Shown: piece after piece, positions 1 to 8,081 of the stretch
How positions within the stretch are numbered: position 1 is the first letter of the stretch
How the letters are laid out: the number at the start of each line of letters is the position of its first letter
Source: Vicinamibacterales bacterium
Lineage (GTDB): Bacteria; Acidobacteriota; Vicinamibacteria; Vicinamibacterales; JAMQPK01
Assembly: GCA_963744405.1 (NCBI GenBank)
Contig: CAVUTO010000020.1
Location: 24,666 to 88,665, forward strand
Length of the DNA: 64,000 nucleotides
Direction: 5' to 3'
The notes under the pieces: model-generated
Databases searched by the model: none
Seen by the model: the letters and a program-made list of their open reading frames with translations, nothing else
What the model was told of the DNA's origin: nothing
Translations under genes and position numbers: made by a program

Positions 1-28
1 GGAAGCCGGACACGAAGCCGGGGGAAAT

Positions 29-1030
29 ATGCGGGCGCTGGCGATTGAGACAGAGCGGTTGGGGCGAATCTACAAATCGCGGAAGAACAGCAAGGACGAC
101 GCCAAAGAACGGGTCGCCCTCAGCGACGTCACACTGAGCGTGCCGAGAGGCGAGCTCTTCGGGCTGCTCGGCCCGAACGGCGCCGGTAAGACGACGCTCA
201 TCAAGATCCTCACGACGCTGCTCGCACCGTCGTCCGGCTGGGCGTGTGTCGAGGGCTACAACGTGCACCGCGAGCCTCACTTCGTGCGGCCGTGCATCAA
301 CATGGTCTCCGGCGGCGAGGCGTCGGGGTACGGGCTGCTGACCGTGCGCGAAAACCTGTGGATGTTCGCGCAGTTCTACGGGCTCAGCTCCGCGGACGCG
401 AACAGGCGAATTGTCGAGCTGCTCGACATCGTCAAAATGTCCGATCGCATGCACACCAAGTCGTCGCAGTTGTCCACAGGTCTCAGGCAGAAGATGAACA
501 TTGCCCGCGGATTTCTCACCGATCCGAAGGTGCTGTTTCTCGACGAACCGACCCTCGGTCTCGACGTCGAGGCCTCACGCGACGCGCGTCGCTACATTCG
601 GCGATGGGTAAACGATGACGCGACGCGTACGGTGCTGTTGACGACGCATTACATGGTCGAGGCCGATGAGCTGTGCGATCGAGTCGCGATCATCAACGCC
701 GGGCGGGTGCTTGCGTGCGATACGCCGTCGAGTTTGAAGCGGAGGCTGCAGCGGGAGCCGATCTTTCATCTCGAGACGACCCCGCTCGGCGACGGCGACG
801 CGGCGGCGCTCGCAGATCTGGCAGGCGTGCGCAAGGCGACACATCATGCCAGGGACGGCCGGTCCTCGATCGAGCTGATCCTGCAGGAGGAGCGCGTGCT
901 CGGTCCGGTGATCGGGCTGCTCGAGTCGAGACAAATCGGCCTGGTGACGCTTACCAAACGCGAGCCGACGCTCGAGGACGTGTTTGTCGATCTCGTGGGC
1001 CGCAGCATGGAGGAGGTGGAACATGGATAG
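29..1030 (+). CDS. ABC transporter ATP-binding protein (ABC-2/DrrA-type exporter ATPase)
   Basis: 333-aa ORF with Walker A GPNGAGKTT, signature LSTGLRQK and Walker B LFLDEPT. Followed by two ABC-2 permease genes. Confidence 0.93.
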   Translation: MRALAIETERLGRIYKSRKNSKDDAKERVALSDVTLSVPRGELFGLLGPNGAGKTTLIKILTTLLAPSSGWACVEGYNVHREPHFVRPCINMVSGGEASGYGLLTVRENLWMFAQFYGLSSADANRRIVELLDIVKMSDRMHTKSSQLSTGLRQKMNIARGFLTDPKVLFLDEPTLGLDVEASRDARRYIRRWVNDDATRTVLLTTHYMVEADELCDRVAIINAGRVLACDTPSSLKRRLQREPIFHLETTPLGDGDAAALADLAGVRKATHHARDGRSSIELILQEERVLGPVIGLLESRQIGLVTLTKREPTLEDVFVDLVGRSMEEVEHG

Positions 1031-1098
1031 TCGACAGTCGGCAGGCGAGAGGCGACAGTCGAGAGTCGACGGTCCAGAGTCCAGGGTCGACAGTCGGC
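1030..1098. repeat. Simple repeat, GTCGACAGTCGGC type
   Basis: The 13-mer GTCGACAGTCGGC occurs at 1030-1042 and 1086-1098, with related GCGACAGTCGAGAGTCGAC between them. It lies in the ATPase/permease junction. Confidence 0.7.
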
Positions 1099-1103
1099 TG
1101 TCG

Positions 1104-1934
1104 ATGGTTCAGGGTCGCGCGTCCGGGTGGCGGCTGTTCGCGCGAACAGTTGCCGCCAGGGCGTACCCGCGGCTCGTCATGAACGTGCGCGAGAAATGGT
1201 GGATGGTCTTCGACATCGTGCTGCCGCTCATCGGACTGTGCGCGTACGTGTTCATCTATCGCGCGAACAATGCGCCGGCCGATCTGATTGGGTTCGTGAT
1301 TATCGGCGGCGCGATGAGCGCGTACTGGATGAACGTTTTGTGGTCGATGGGGAACCAGCTCTTCTGGGAGAAGGAGACGGGCAACCTTGCGCTGTACATC
1401 ATGGCCCCGAACTCGATGATGGCGATTCTGCTGGGCATGGCGCTGGGCGGCATGTTCACGACGACCCTGCGCGCGGGCAGCATCCTCGCCCTCGGCAGCC
1501 TTCTGTTCGACGTGCAGTTCGCCGTCGAGAGCGTGCCGTTGCTGACGGCAGTGTTCGTGCTCTCGCTCGTCGCGCTCTATGGCATGGGGATGATGTTCGC
1601 GTCGATGTTCCTGCTTCTGGGCCGCGAGGGGTGGCATCTCGTGAACCTGGCGCAGGAACCGGTATTCCTCCTGTCGGGGACGTTTTTTCCGATCCGCAGC
1701 TTCAATTTCTGGGTTGCGGCGGGGGCGTCAATCATCCCGCTGACACTCGCGCTGGATGCGATTCGTCAGTTGTCGTTCAAGTCCGGCGCGGAGCTCGGCT
1801 TTCTCGACGTGCGAACCGAGGTGGCCGTGCTGGCTGTTCTCTGCCTCGTCTTCCTCACGGTTGCCCGCTGGTTGTTGAGGCACCTGGAGCGGGTTGCAAT
1901 TGCAGAAGGCAGACTAACGGAGGCAAGGGCGTAG
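1104..1934 (+). CDS. ABC-2 type transporter permease
   Basis: In frame with table ORF 984..1934. ATG 1104 gives the lead-in GWRLFARTVAARAYPRLV typical of ABC-2 permeases. Multi-pass hydrophobic. Alternative ATG at 1179. Confidence 0.8.
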   Translation: MVQGRASGWRLFARTVAARAYPRLVMNVREKWWMVFDIVLPLIGLCAYVFIYRANNAPADLIGFVIIGGAMSAYWMNVLWSMGNQLFWEKETGNLALYIMAPNSMMAILLGMALGGMFTTTLRAGSILALGSLLFDVQFAVESVPLLTAVFVLSLVALYGMGMMFASMFLLLGREGWHLVNLAQEPVFLLSGTFFPIRSFNFWVAAGASIIPLTLALDAIRQLSFKSGAELGFLDVRTEVAVLAVLCLVFLTVARWLLRHLERVAIAEGRLTEARA

Positions 1935-1943
1935 CAGCATCAC

Positions 1944-2125
1944 GGCGGTTCTGGGGTTCTGGGTTCTGTGGTTCTGGGTTCTGGTTCGGGGTTCCAGGTT
2001 CGGGGTTCTGGGTTCTAGATGCGGGTTCGATGGTTCTCAGTTCTTGCGTGCGCGGTACACCGAACCTAGAACCGAGAACCCAGAACCAGAACCCCAGAAC
2101 CCAGCACCCAGAACCCAGAACCGCC
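1944..2125. repeat. Long inverted simple repeat (GGTTCTGG arm / CCAGAACC arm)
   Basis: Left arm about 1947-2018 consists of degenerate GGTTCTG(G) units. Right arm about 2062-2122 is its reverse complement. Outer ends pair (GGCGGTTCTGG / CCAGAACCGCC). Sits between two permease genes of one operon. Confidence 0.85.
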
Positions 2126-2141
2126 AGCGTAGGGAGCAGGT

Positions 2142-2981
2142 ATGTGGACATCACTACGAACAGCGGCGTGGCTCGGATGGCAGATCGAGTCGAACTGGGC
2201 GTCGCCGGCTTTATTCGCGCTCTACTCGATCATCAAGCCGCTCACATCGGCGGCGATTCTCGTCGTCATGTTCGGCATGGTGACGCAGGGGAACTTCACC
2301 TCGGCGGCGTTCTCGTACATGTACGTCGGCAACGCTTTCTACATGTTCGTCGGGGCCATCATGGCGGGCATGGCGCAGTCCGTGGTTGACGATCGCGAGC
2401 GTTTCAGGACGTTGAAGTCGATGTATGTTGCGCCCGTCAGCATCCCGATGTATCTGATTGGCCGCGGCGTCGCGCGATTCCTCACGACGTCGCTGTCGGT
2501 GGTGATCACGCTCGGGTTCGGCATCGCGTTCCTGCATCTCCAATTGAATCCGGCCGAAGTGCGTTGGGGCCTGTTCATCGTCGCGCTGTGCATCGGTATC
2601 GCGATGCTGGCGATGATGGGGCTGGCCCTCGCAAGCCTCGTGCTCACCATTGCGCACGGATCGTGGCTCGTGGGAGAAGCCGTCGCCGGCGCGCTGTACC
2701 TCTTCTGCGGCGCCGTCTTTCCACTCGATGTGCTGCCGGCCTGGCTGAGGCCGATAGGCTACGCGATGCCGGTGACGTACTGGCTCGAACTCGTGCGACG
2801 CGCGCTCGTCGGCCGCGTCGCGCACCAGTATGCGTCGTTGTCAGGCATTGGCGATGGCGAGCTGCTCGTGCTGGTGGTCGCGATGACCCTGGCGCTCGGA
2901 GCACTCGCAGCAGCGACGTTCCGGCATTGCGATCATGTCGCGCGCGAGCGGGGACTCATTGATCGCACGACGAACTACTGA
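2142..2981 (+). CDS. ABC-2 type transporter permease (second permease)
   Basis: 279-aa multi-pass hydrophobic ORF, third gene of the ABC-2 operon. Confidence 0.85.
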   Translation: MWTSLRTAAWLGWQIESNWASPALFALYSIIKPLTSAAILVVMFGMVTQGNFTSAAFSYMYVGNAFYMFVGAIMAGMAQSVVDDRERFRTLKSMYVAPVSIPMYLIGRGVARFLTTSLSVVITLGFGIAFLHLQLNPAEVRWGLFIVALCIGIAMLAMMGLALASLVLTIAHGSWLVGEAVAGALYLFCGAVFPLDVLPAWLRPIGYAMPVTYWLELVRRALVGRVAHQYASLSGIGDGELLVLVVAMTLALGALAAATFRHCDHVARERGLIDRTTNY

Positions 2982-2987
2982 CGCCGA

Positions 2988-3180
2988 CGGATTAGGGATC
3001 AGGGATTGGGGATTCTGGATTGGCCGTCACGTCGTCCGTAAAACGATCGCCGGATTTCTGCTGATTCTCCGGACCCGAATGGCGGCGCATCGCCTCGGCG
3101 ATCATGCGAATGCTCTCAACGAGCAGCAGAAAGGCTTTCAATCTCCCAATCCCCCAATCTTCCAATCTTCCAATTCCGAT
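2988..3180. repeat. Inverted simple repeat (AGGGATTGGGGATT arm / CCAATCTTCCAAT arm)
   Basis: GGATTAGGGATCAGGGATTGGGGATTCTGGATTGG at about 2990-3025. The imperfect complement CAATCTCCCAATCCCCCAATCTTCCAATCTTCCAATTCC is at about 3139-3178. Confidence 0.75.
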
Positions 3181-3290
3181 GAGTTGTCCTGGACGGCGGA
3201 CACGGGGTGCTTCGTTTCGCAGAATTGCCCGGAATTATCAGCCATTTTCGGCGGCATGACGGTTGCACTCAAGACCGCACGGAGGTGGCC

Positions 3291-3950
3291 ATGGCTTTTC
3301 GATTTGCGCTTGCTCTCGTTCTGACGGTCTCGGCATTCTCGCTGGATGCGTCCGCTCAGCGAGGCAGGGGATATGGATACAGCGGCATCACGGTTTACGA
3401 GCATCCAGATTTCCGCGGAGACAGCATTACGTTGCGCAACGAAGTGCCAGACCTGCGGCAGCATGGGTTGAACGATCGGATCAGCAGCCTCGAAGTCGAC
3501 GGCAACCAGGCATGGGAGGTTTGCCGCGACGTCAATTTCGGGGGAGGGTGTCGCGTGTTTCAGGGAACGATCGACGACCTGAGAGCCGAAGGCTGGAACG
3601 ATCGCATCTCCTCGATGCGCGCGGTCGGATTCGTGCGGGGCAACAACGGCCGTGGATGGGGCTGGGGCAATCAACGAGGCAACACCAACTACCGTCAGTC
3701 GCGCCTTGTGCTCTACGATCGTCCGAACTTCCGAGGCGACGCGCGCGACGTCATGAACAACGCGACCAATCTGGGATCCACGGGCGACCGAGCCCGCAGC
3801 GTGCAGGTCCACGGCGGCGCGTGGGAGCTCTGCGAAGGTGCATCCCGCGACTCGCGCTGCGTCACGGTGAGCGAGGACGTTGCGGATCTGCGCAACCTCG
3901 GGCTTCGCAATGGCGTGACGTCGGCGCGTGAGGTCAGAAGGAATTGGTAG
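3291..3950 (+). CDS. Secreted beta/gamma-crystallin-like two-domain protein
   Basis: Start moved to ATG 3291, with GGAGG just upstream. Signal peptide MAFRFALALVLTVSAFSLDASAQ. Two copies of the motif hYEHPDFRGDS / LYDRPNFRGDA, each followed by a DRISS-type strand. Confidence 0.8.
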   Translation: MAFRFALALVLTVSAFSLDASAQRGRGYGYSGITVYEHPDFRGDSITLRNEVPDLRQHGLNDRISSLEVDGNQAWEVCRDVNFGGGCRVFQGTIDDLRAEGWNDRISSMRAVGFVRGNNGRGWGWGNQRGNTNYRQSRLVLYDRPNFRGDARDVMNNATNLGSTGDRARSVQVHGGAWELCEGASRDSRCVTVSEDVADLRNLGLRNGVTSAREVRRNW

Positions 3951-4048
3951 ATTGGGAGATTGGAAGATTGGAAGATTGGAAGATTAAGAAGACACTGAGG
4001 CTTTTCGTAATCTTCCAATCTACCCATCTTCCAATCTACCAATTCTTT
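3941..4048. repeat. Inverted simple repeat (TTGGAAGATTGG type) between convergent genes; likely bidirectional terminator hairpin
   Basis: Left arm is GAATTGGTAGATTGGGAGATTGGAAGATTGGAAGATTGGAAGATTA. Right arm is TAATCTTCCAATCTACCCATCTTCCAATCTACCAATTC. The outer 15 nt are perfectly complementary. No U-tract. Confidence 0.7.
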
Positions 4049-5838
4049 GTGCTGGTTACAGGTAAGCCAACCGCTTTCATCAGGGCGAGCGCGTTGCTGT
4101 GCGTGACTGGACCGGGTTTCATCCGGTAGTCGAAGATCAGCTCGCCGTCCTTCAACTCATCCTCGAAGTGCACGTTTACCGCCCGCCCTCCCGATTGATC
4201 CGCGATCGCCGTCAGCGCAAGATCGTGCGTCGTCGTCAGACCAATCGCGCCGCGATCGATCAGGTTGAGGAGCAGTGCCTGGGCGCCAATCCTGCGATCG
4301 TGGGAGTTGGTACCCTGAAACAGCTCGTCGAGTAGAAAGAGGAGAGCCGGCTCGCGCCCTGCGAGATCGGCGATGTGTCTGATCCGCGAAATTTCCGCGA
4401 AGAATCGCGAGCGTCCCGCCTGCAGCGAGTCGTGGACGTGCAGGTTCGCGCCTGCGGCGAGCGGCGTCAGCGTGAGATTGGCCGCCCGCACCGGTGCGCC
4501 GGCCATCGCCAGCACGGCATTCACCCCCACAGTGCGCAACAGCGTGCTCTTGCCCGACATGTTCGAGCCGCTCACGATCAGCAGGCGTGTCTGCGGCGTC
4601 AGCAGCACGTCGTTGCGCACCATGCGCGCAGCCGGCACCAGCGGATGGCCCAGGCTCGCGCCTTCGAATCGCGCCGGCCCTCCATCCTCGACGAAGATCG
4701 GGAACGGATCGTCCCCGTGTTCGTACGCATAGGCGGCCAGTGAACCCAGCGCCTCGTACTCGGCCACCGCCGAGAGCCATGCGATGACCTTCGCGCCGAA
4801 TTCGCGGCGCCAGCTTTCGATCGCCGACGCAAGATGCAGCCCCCACGACACAGTGGCCGCCAGTGGCGCAAAAAACGTGTTTCGACGCCAGTCCAGCATG
4901 TCGGCCAGCCGCTTGAGGCGACGGATGGCCTGGGATGGCATGACACCGCCGCTGTTCATCTGCGCGCGAATATCGATGAGTTGCGGGCTGCGGAAGGTCG
5001 ACTGCTCGACGAGCGAGAGCGTGTCGGCTAGAACGTCGAGCTGGCTGAGCGGCCTTTCGACACCGCGAATGATGCGCGACACGCGCTGACGCGACGGGCG
5101 CGTGAGGAGCATTTTAGCGATGATGACGGCCAATAGCGGCGCCACTGGACCCCCTCGCGCCCACAAGATAACCCCGCCGATGATGCCCGCCGCCAGCACA
5201 ACCGCCGCCGATCGCAGCCAAAGACGCTCTGGAGCTGCAGGCGCAGACGCCCATGCGCTGAGCGCGACGGTGTCGATGTCACGCGACGCTCCGCCGGCCG
5301 TGGCCAGCGTCTCGCGAAAATCCAGGGCCTCGCGGAGCTCAGCAATTGATTCCTGTCGCTCGCGAACGGTGGACACCGCGGCTGGAGCGCTCAGCCATCG
5401 TGCGAGCCGTTCTTCGCCGAGCTGGGTCCGGGCGCGAGAGAGCAGCTGGAACAATGAAGCTTGACCGAAAATATCGAGGTCTGGCGCGTAGAGATGCTCC
5501 TCGGTGAGAAACCGCACGCCCGTCTCGCCGATGCCGTGCCATCGGTCTTCAAGGCGTGCGATGCCATCTTCGTAAAACTTGACGGCCCGAGCCGCGCAGT
5601 CGAGCCTGCGAAGGACCCGGTCGTGCCACACAGCAAGCGCGACGAACGCGGAGATGGGAACGGCGAAGGTCCACGGCCAGATGTGCGCAGCAAACACCAG
5701 CCAGCCAGTGAGTGCGATCGCGGCAACGGCGGCCAGGCGGGCGTAGCTGATGCGTGCATCGAGGTGGGCGAGGCGCGCATGTTCTGCTGCGCGCGCCGCC
5801 CGTCTATCGCGATATTCAGTTAGCGCTGAAGGAGTCAA
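4036..5838 (-). CDS. MutS-related ATPase with membrane helices (MutS domain V family)
   Basis: 600-aa ORF with hydrophobic helices in the N-terminal half. C-terminal motifs GSNMSGKSTLLR (Walker A) and LFLLDELFQGTNSHDR. Confidence 0.85.
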   Translation of the reverse strand: MTPSALTEYRDRRAARAAEHARLAHLDARISYARLAAVAAIALTGWLVFAAHIWPWTFAVPISAFVALAVWHDRVLRRLDCAARAVKFYEDGIARLEDRWHGIGETGVRFLTEEHLYAPDLDIFGQASLFQLLSRARTQLGEERLARWLSAPAAVSTVRERQESIAELREALDFRETLATAGGASRDIDTVALSAWASAPAAPERLWLRSAAVVLAAGIIGGVILWARGGPVAPLLAVIIAKMLLTRPSRQRVSRIIRGVERPLSQLDVLADTLSLVEQSTFRSPQLIDIRAQMNSGGVMPSQAIRRLKRLADMLDWRRNTFFAPLAATVSWGLHLASAIESWRREFGAKVIAWLSAVAEYEALGSLAAYAYEHGDDPFPIFVEDGGPARFEGASLGHPLVPAARMVRNDVLLTPQTRLLIVSGSNMSGKSTLLRTVGVNAVLAMAGAPVRAANLTLTPLAAGANLHVHDSLQAGRSRFFAEISRIRHIADLAGREPALLFLLDELFQGTNSHDRRIGAQALLLNLIDRGAIGLTTTHDLALTAIADQSGGRAVNVHFEDELKDGELIFDYRMKPGPVTHSNALALMKAVGLPVTSTKNW

Positions 5839-5862
5839 ATCGCAAGGGCTCGCCCCGCGATC

Positions 5863-6324
5863 CTATCTGAAGGTGTACCCAACGCCGAATTTCAAGTCGG
5901 GGCTGCCCTCCATTCCGATCTTCAACTCGAAAAACAGGCGGCTGTTCTGTTTGGCGCCGACGATGAAATTGAAGCCGCCTTCTGTGTCGGAGTCCCCGTC
6001 GAAGTCGTACCAGTTGATGGTCGGCCCGCCGCCGACGTACAGGTTCCAGCCGCTTCGGCCGGGGAACGTGTACGTGAAGTCGAAGTTGCCGGCGACGAGC
6101 GTAGTGTCATCGCCGAGGCCGATGTCGACGCTCGGGCGAAACCGGAGACGATCGACGAGCGGACCGGTTTCGATGTGGCCCCCGAAATAGAACTGGTCGG
6201 GGTCGAGCGACAAGCCCGCCTGGGCACCCGGACTGACCTGTGCCTGTGCCGGAACCGCGGCTAGTGCACCGGTCACGCCGAGAAATACCAGACACACCCA
6301 AAACGACACACGAATACGACGCAT
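5863..6324 (-). CDS. Small outer-membrane beta-barrel protein
   Basis: Start at MRRIRVSFWVCLVFLGVTGALAAVPAQA (signal peptide). Alternating hydrophobic beta-strand pattern; C-terminus GVGYTFR. Confidence 0.6.
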   Translation of the reverse strand: MRRIRVSFWVCLVFLGVTGALAAVPAQAQVSPGAQAGLSLDPDQFYFGGHIETGPLVDRLRFRPSVDIGLGDDTTLVAGNFDFTYTFPGRSGWNLYVGGGPTINWYDFDGDSDTEGGFNFIVGAKQNSRLFFELKIGMEGSPDLKFGVGYTFR

Positions 6325-6366
6325 ATCTTTCCTCCTGCCCACCCCGTTACAAAATACGATCCAGGA

Positions 6367-7317
6367 GTGGCCAGTCCCCCGATGCAGTCAAACGGTACGT
6401 CTCTGATCCATGCGCGTGGCCTGACCAAGCGCTTCGGCGCTTTTCTCGCGGTCGACGGCATCAGCTTCGACGTGCGTCCAGGTGAAGCGTTCGGGTTCCT
6501 CGGACCGAACGGAGCGGGAAAGACGTCAACGATGCGCATGATTGCGTGCACGTCGCCTGCGAGCGACGGCGAGCTGCGCGTTCTCGACATGGACCCGCGC
6601 ACGCACGCCAGCGTCATCAAGGCGCGCCTGGGTGTCGTTCCGCAGCAGGACAATCTCGATACCGAAATTACGGTTCGGGAGAACCTGCTGATGTACGCGC
6701 GCTACTTTGATATCCCGCGGCATGTGGCCGAGAAGCGCGCCGACGCACTGCTCGAATTCGTGGAGCTGCCCGATCGCGCCGGCGCGCAGGTCGAATCGCT
6801 CTCGGGAGGCATGAAGCGGCGGCTGACGATTGCGCGTGCGCTTGTCAACGAGCCCGATCTGATTCTGCTCGACGAGCCGACCACGGGGCTCGATCCGCAG
6901 GCGCGTCACGTGGTGTGGGAGCGCCTGTACCAGTTGAAGCGGCGCGGAGCGACCTTGCTGCTGACCACACATTACATGGACGAGGCCGAGCGGCTCTGCG
7001 ATCGGCTCGTGGTGATGGACAAAGCCAAGATCGTCGCCGAAGGCTCGCCGCGCCAGCTCATCGCGGAGTATTCGACGCGCGAAGTGCTCGAACTGCGCTT
7101 TCCAGACGATGCCCTTGCAGCGCTGGACGGACGCTTGAGCGGCATCGGCGAGCGCGTGGAAATGTTGCCAGATCGCGTCCAGGTGTACACGACCGACGGC
7201 GAGCACGCCCTGCAGCAGGTGCATGCGCTCGGCGTCCCGCTGGCGAGCGCTGTTGTGCGGCGATCGACACTCGAGGATGTGTTCCTACGCATCACCGGAA
7301 GGGCCCTCATCGAGTGA
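6367..7317 (+). CDS. ABC transporter ATP-binding protein (ABC-2/NodI-DrrA type)
   Basis: Walker A GPNGAGKTS, signature LSGGMKRR, Walker B ILLDEPT. Table ORF starts at GTG 6367; ATG 6382 is an alternative start. Confidence 0.92.
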   Translation: MASPPMQSNGTSLIHARGLTKRFGAFLAVDGISFDVRPGEAFGFLGPNGAGKTSTMRMIACTSPASDGELRVLDMDPRTHASVIKARLGVVPQQDNLDTEITVRENLLMYARYFDIPRHVAEKRADALLEFVELPDRAGAQVESLSGGMKRRLTIARALVNEPDLILLDEPTTGLDPQARHVVWERLYQLKRRGATLLLTTHYMDEAERLCDRLVVMDKAKIVAEGSPRQLIAEYSTREVLELRFPDDALAALDGRLSGIGERVEMLPDRVQVYTTDGEHALQQVHALGVPLASAVVRRSTLEDVFLRITGRALIE

Positions 7318-8081
7318 CTGGCGCGTTTCGCGTCGTGCAGCGCAACGCGCTCGTCTACCGGCGCGCCTGGCGCGGATCTGTCTTCTCGAGCTTCCTGCAG
7401 CCGACGCTGTTTCTCCTCGCTATCGGCCTTGGGCTCGGCGCTATGGTTGACGCGGGCGGGGCTGCGCTGCCTGGTGGCGTCAGCTACGCAGAGTTCCTCG
7501 CGCCAGGGTTGCTCGCGGCGGCCGCGATGCAGGTAGCGGGTTTCGAATCCACCTACCCGGTACTCGGCAAGATGATGTGGTTTCGCAACTACGAGGCGAT
7601 TCTGGCGACGCCATTGGACGTGACGGATCTCGTGCTCGGGGAGCTGGCCTGGATTGCGGTGCGCTTGACGGCGATCGCCTCGGCATTCGTGCTGGTGATG
7701 ACTGCGTTCGACATTCCCCGCTCGCCGCTCGTCATTCTGGCGATTCCGGCCGTCGTGCTCACCGGACTTGCATTCGCGGCGCCGATCATGGCGTTTGCCG
7801 CGACACGGAAGCACTCGAACACGTTCAACGTGCTTTTCCGCTTCGTCCTCACGCCGCTCTTTCTATTTTCCGGCGTGTTCGTCCCCATCAGCCGGCTGCC
7901 GGAGCCGCTTGCTCGCGCGGCATGGCTGACGCCGCTGTTTCACGGCGTCGAGCTGGTGCGTGGTCTGGCGCTCGATACCGTCCCACCGGCGTGGCCGCTT
8001 CACGTCGCGTTCCTCGCGGCGCTTGCCGCCGCCGGCGTCACGATTGCCCGACAGGAATTTCGCCGGAGGCTCTATTCGTGA
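7314..8081 (+). CDS. ABC-2 type transporter permease
   Basis: GTG 7314 overlaps the ATPase stop (GTGA). N-terminus VTGAFRVVQRNALVYRRAWRGSVFSSFLQP is typical of ABC-2 permeases. In frame with table ORF 6915..8081. Confidence 0.85.
   Translation: MTGAFRVVQRNALVYRRAWRGSVFSSFLQPTLFLLAIGLGLGAMVDAGGAALPGGVSYAEFLAPGLLAAAAMQVAGFESTYPVLGKMMWFRNYEAILATPLDVTDLVLGELAWIAVRLTAIASAFVLVMTAFDIPRSPLVILAIPAVVLTGLAFAAPIMAFAATRKHSNTFNVLFRFVLTPLFLFSGVFVPISRLPEPLARAAWLTPLFHGVELVRGLALDTVPPAWPLHVAFLAALAAAGVTIARQEFRRRLYS

Noticed and set aside
2935-3324. Table ORF 2935..3324 (129 aa) and similar ORFs running through repeat spacers (1855..2154 minus, 3713..4042 minus, 3944..4129, 22021..22407, 61261..61626).
   Set aside because: Their sequences are translations of the simple repeats or palindromes (GIRDWGFWIG, PNPPIFQSSN, NPEPQNPEP and the like). 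They have no start context and lie between well-supported genes.
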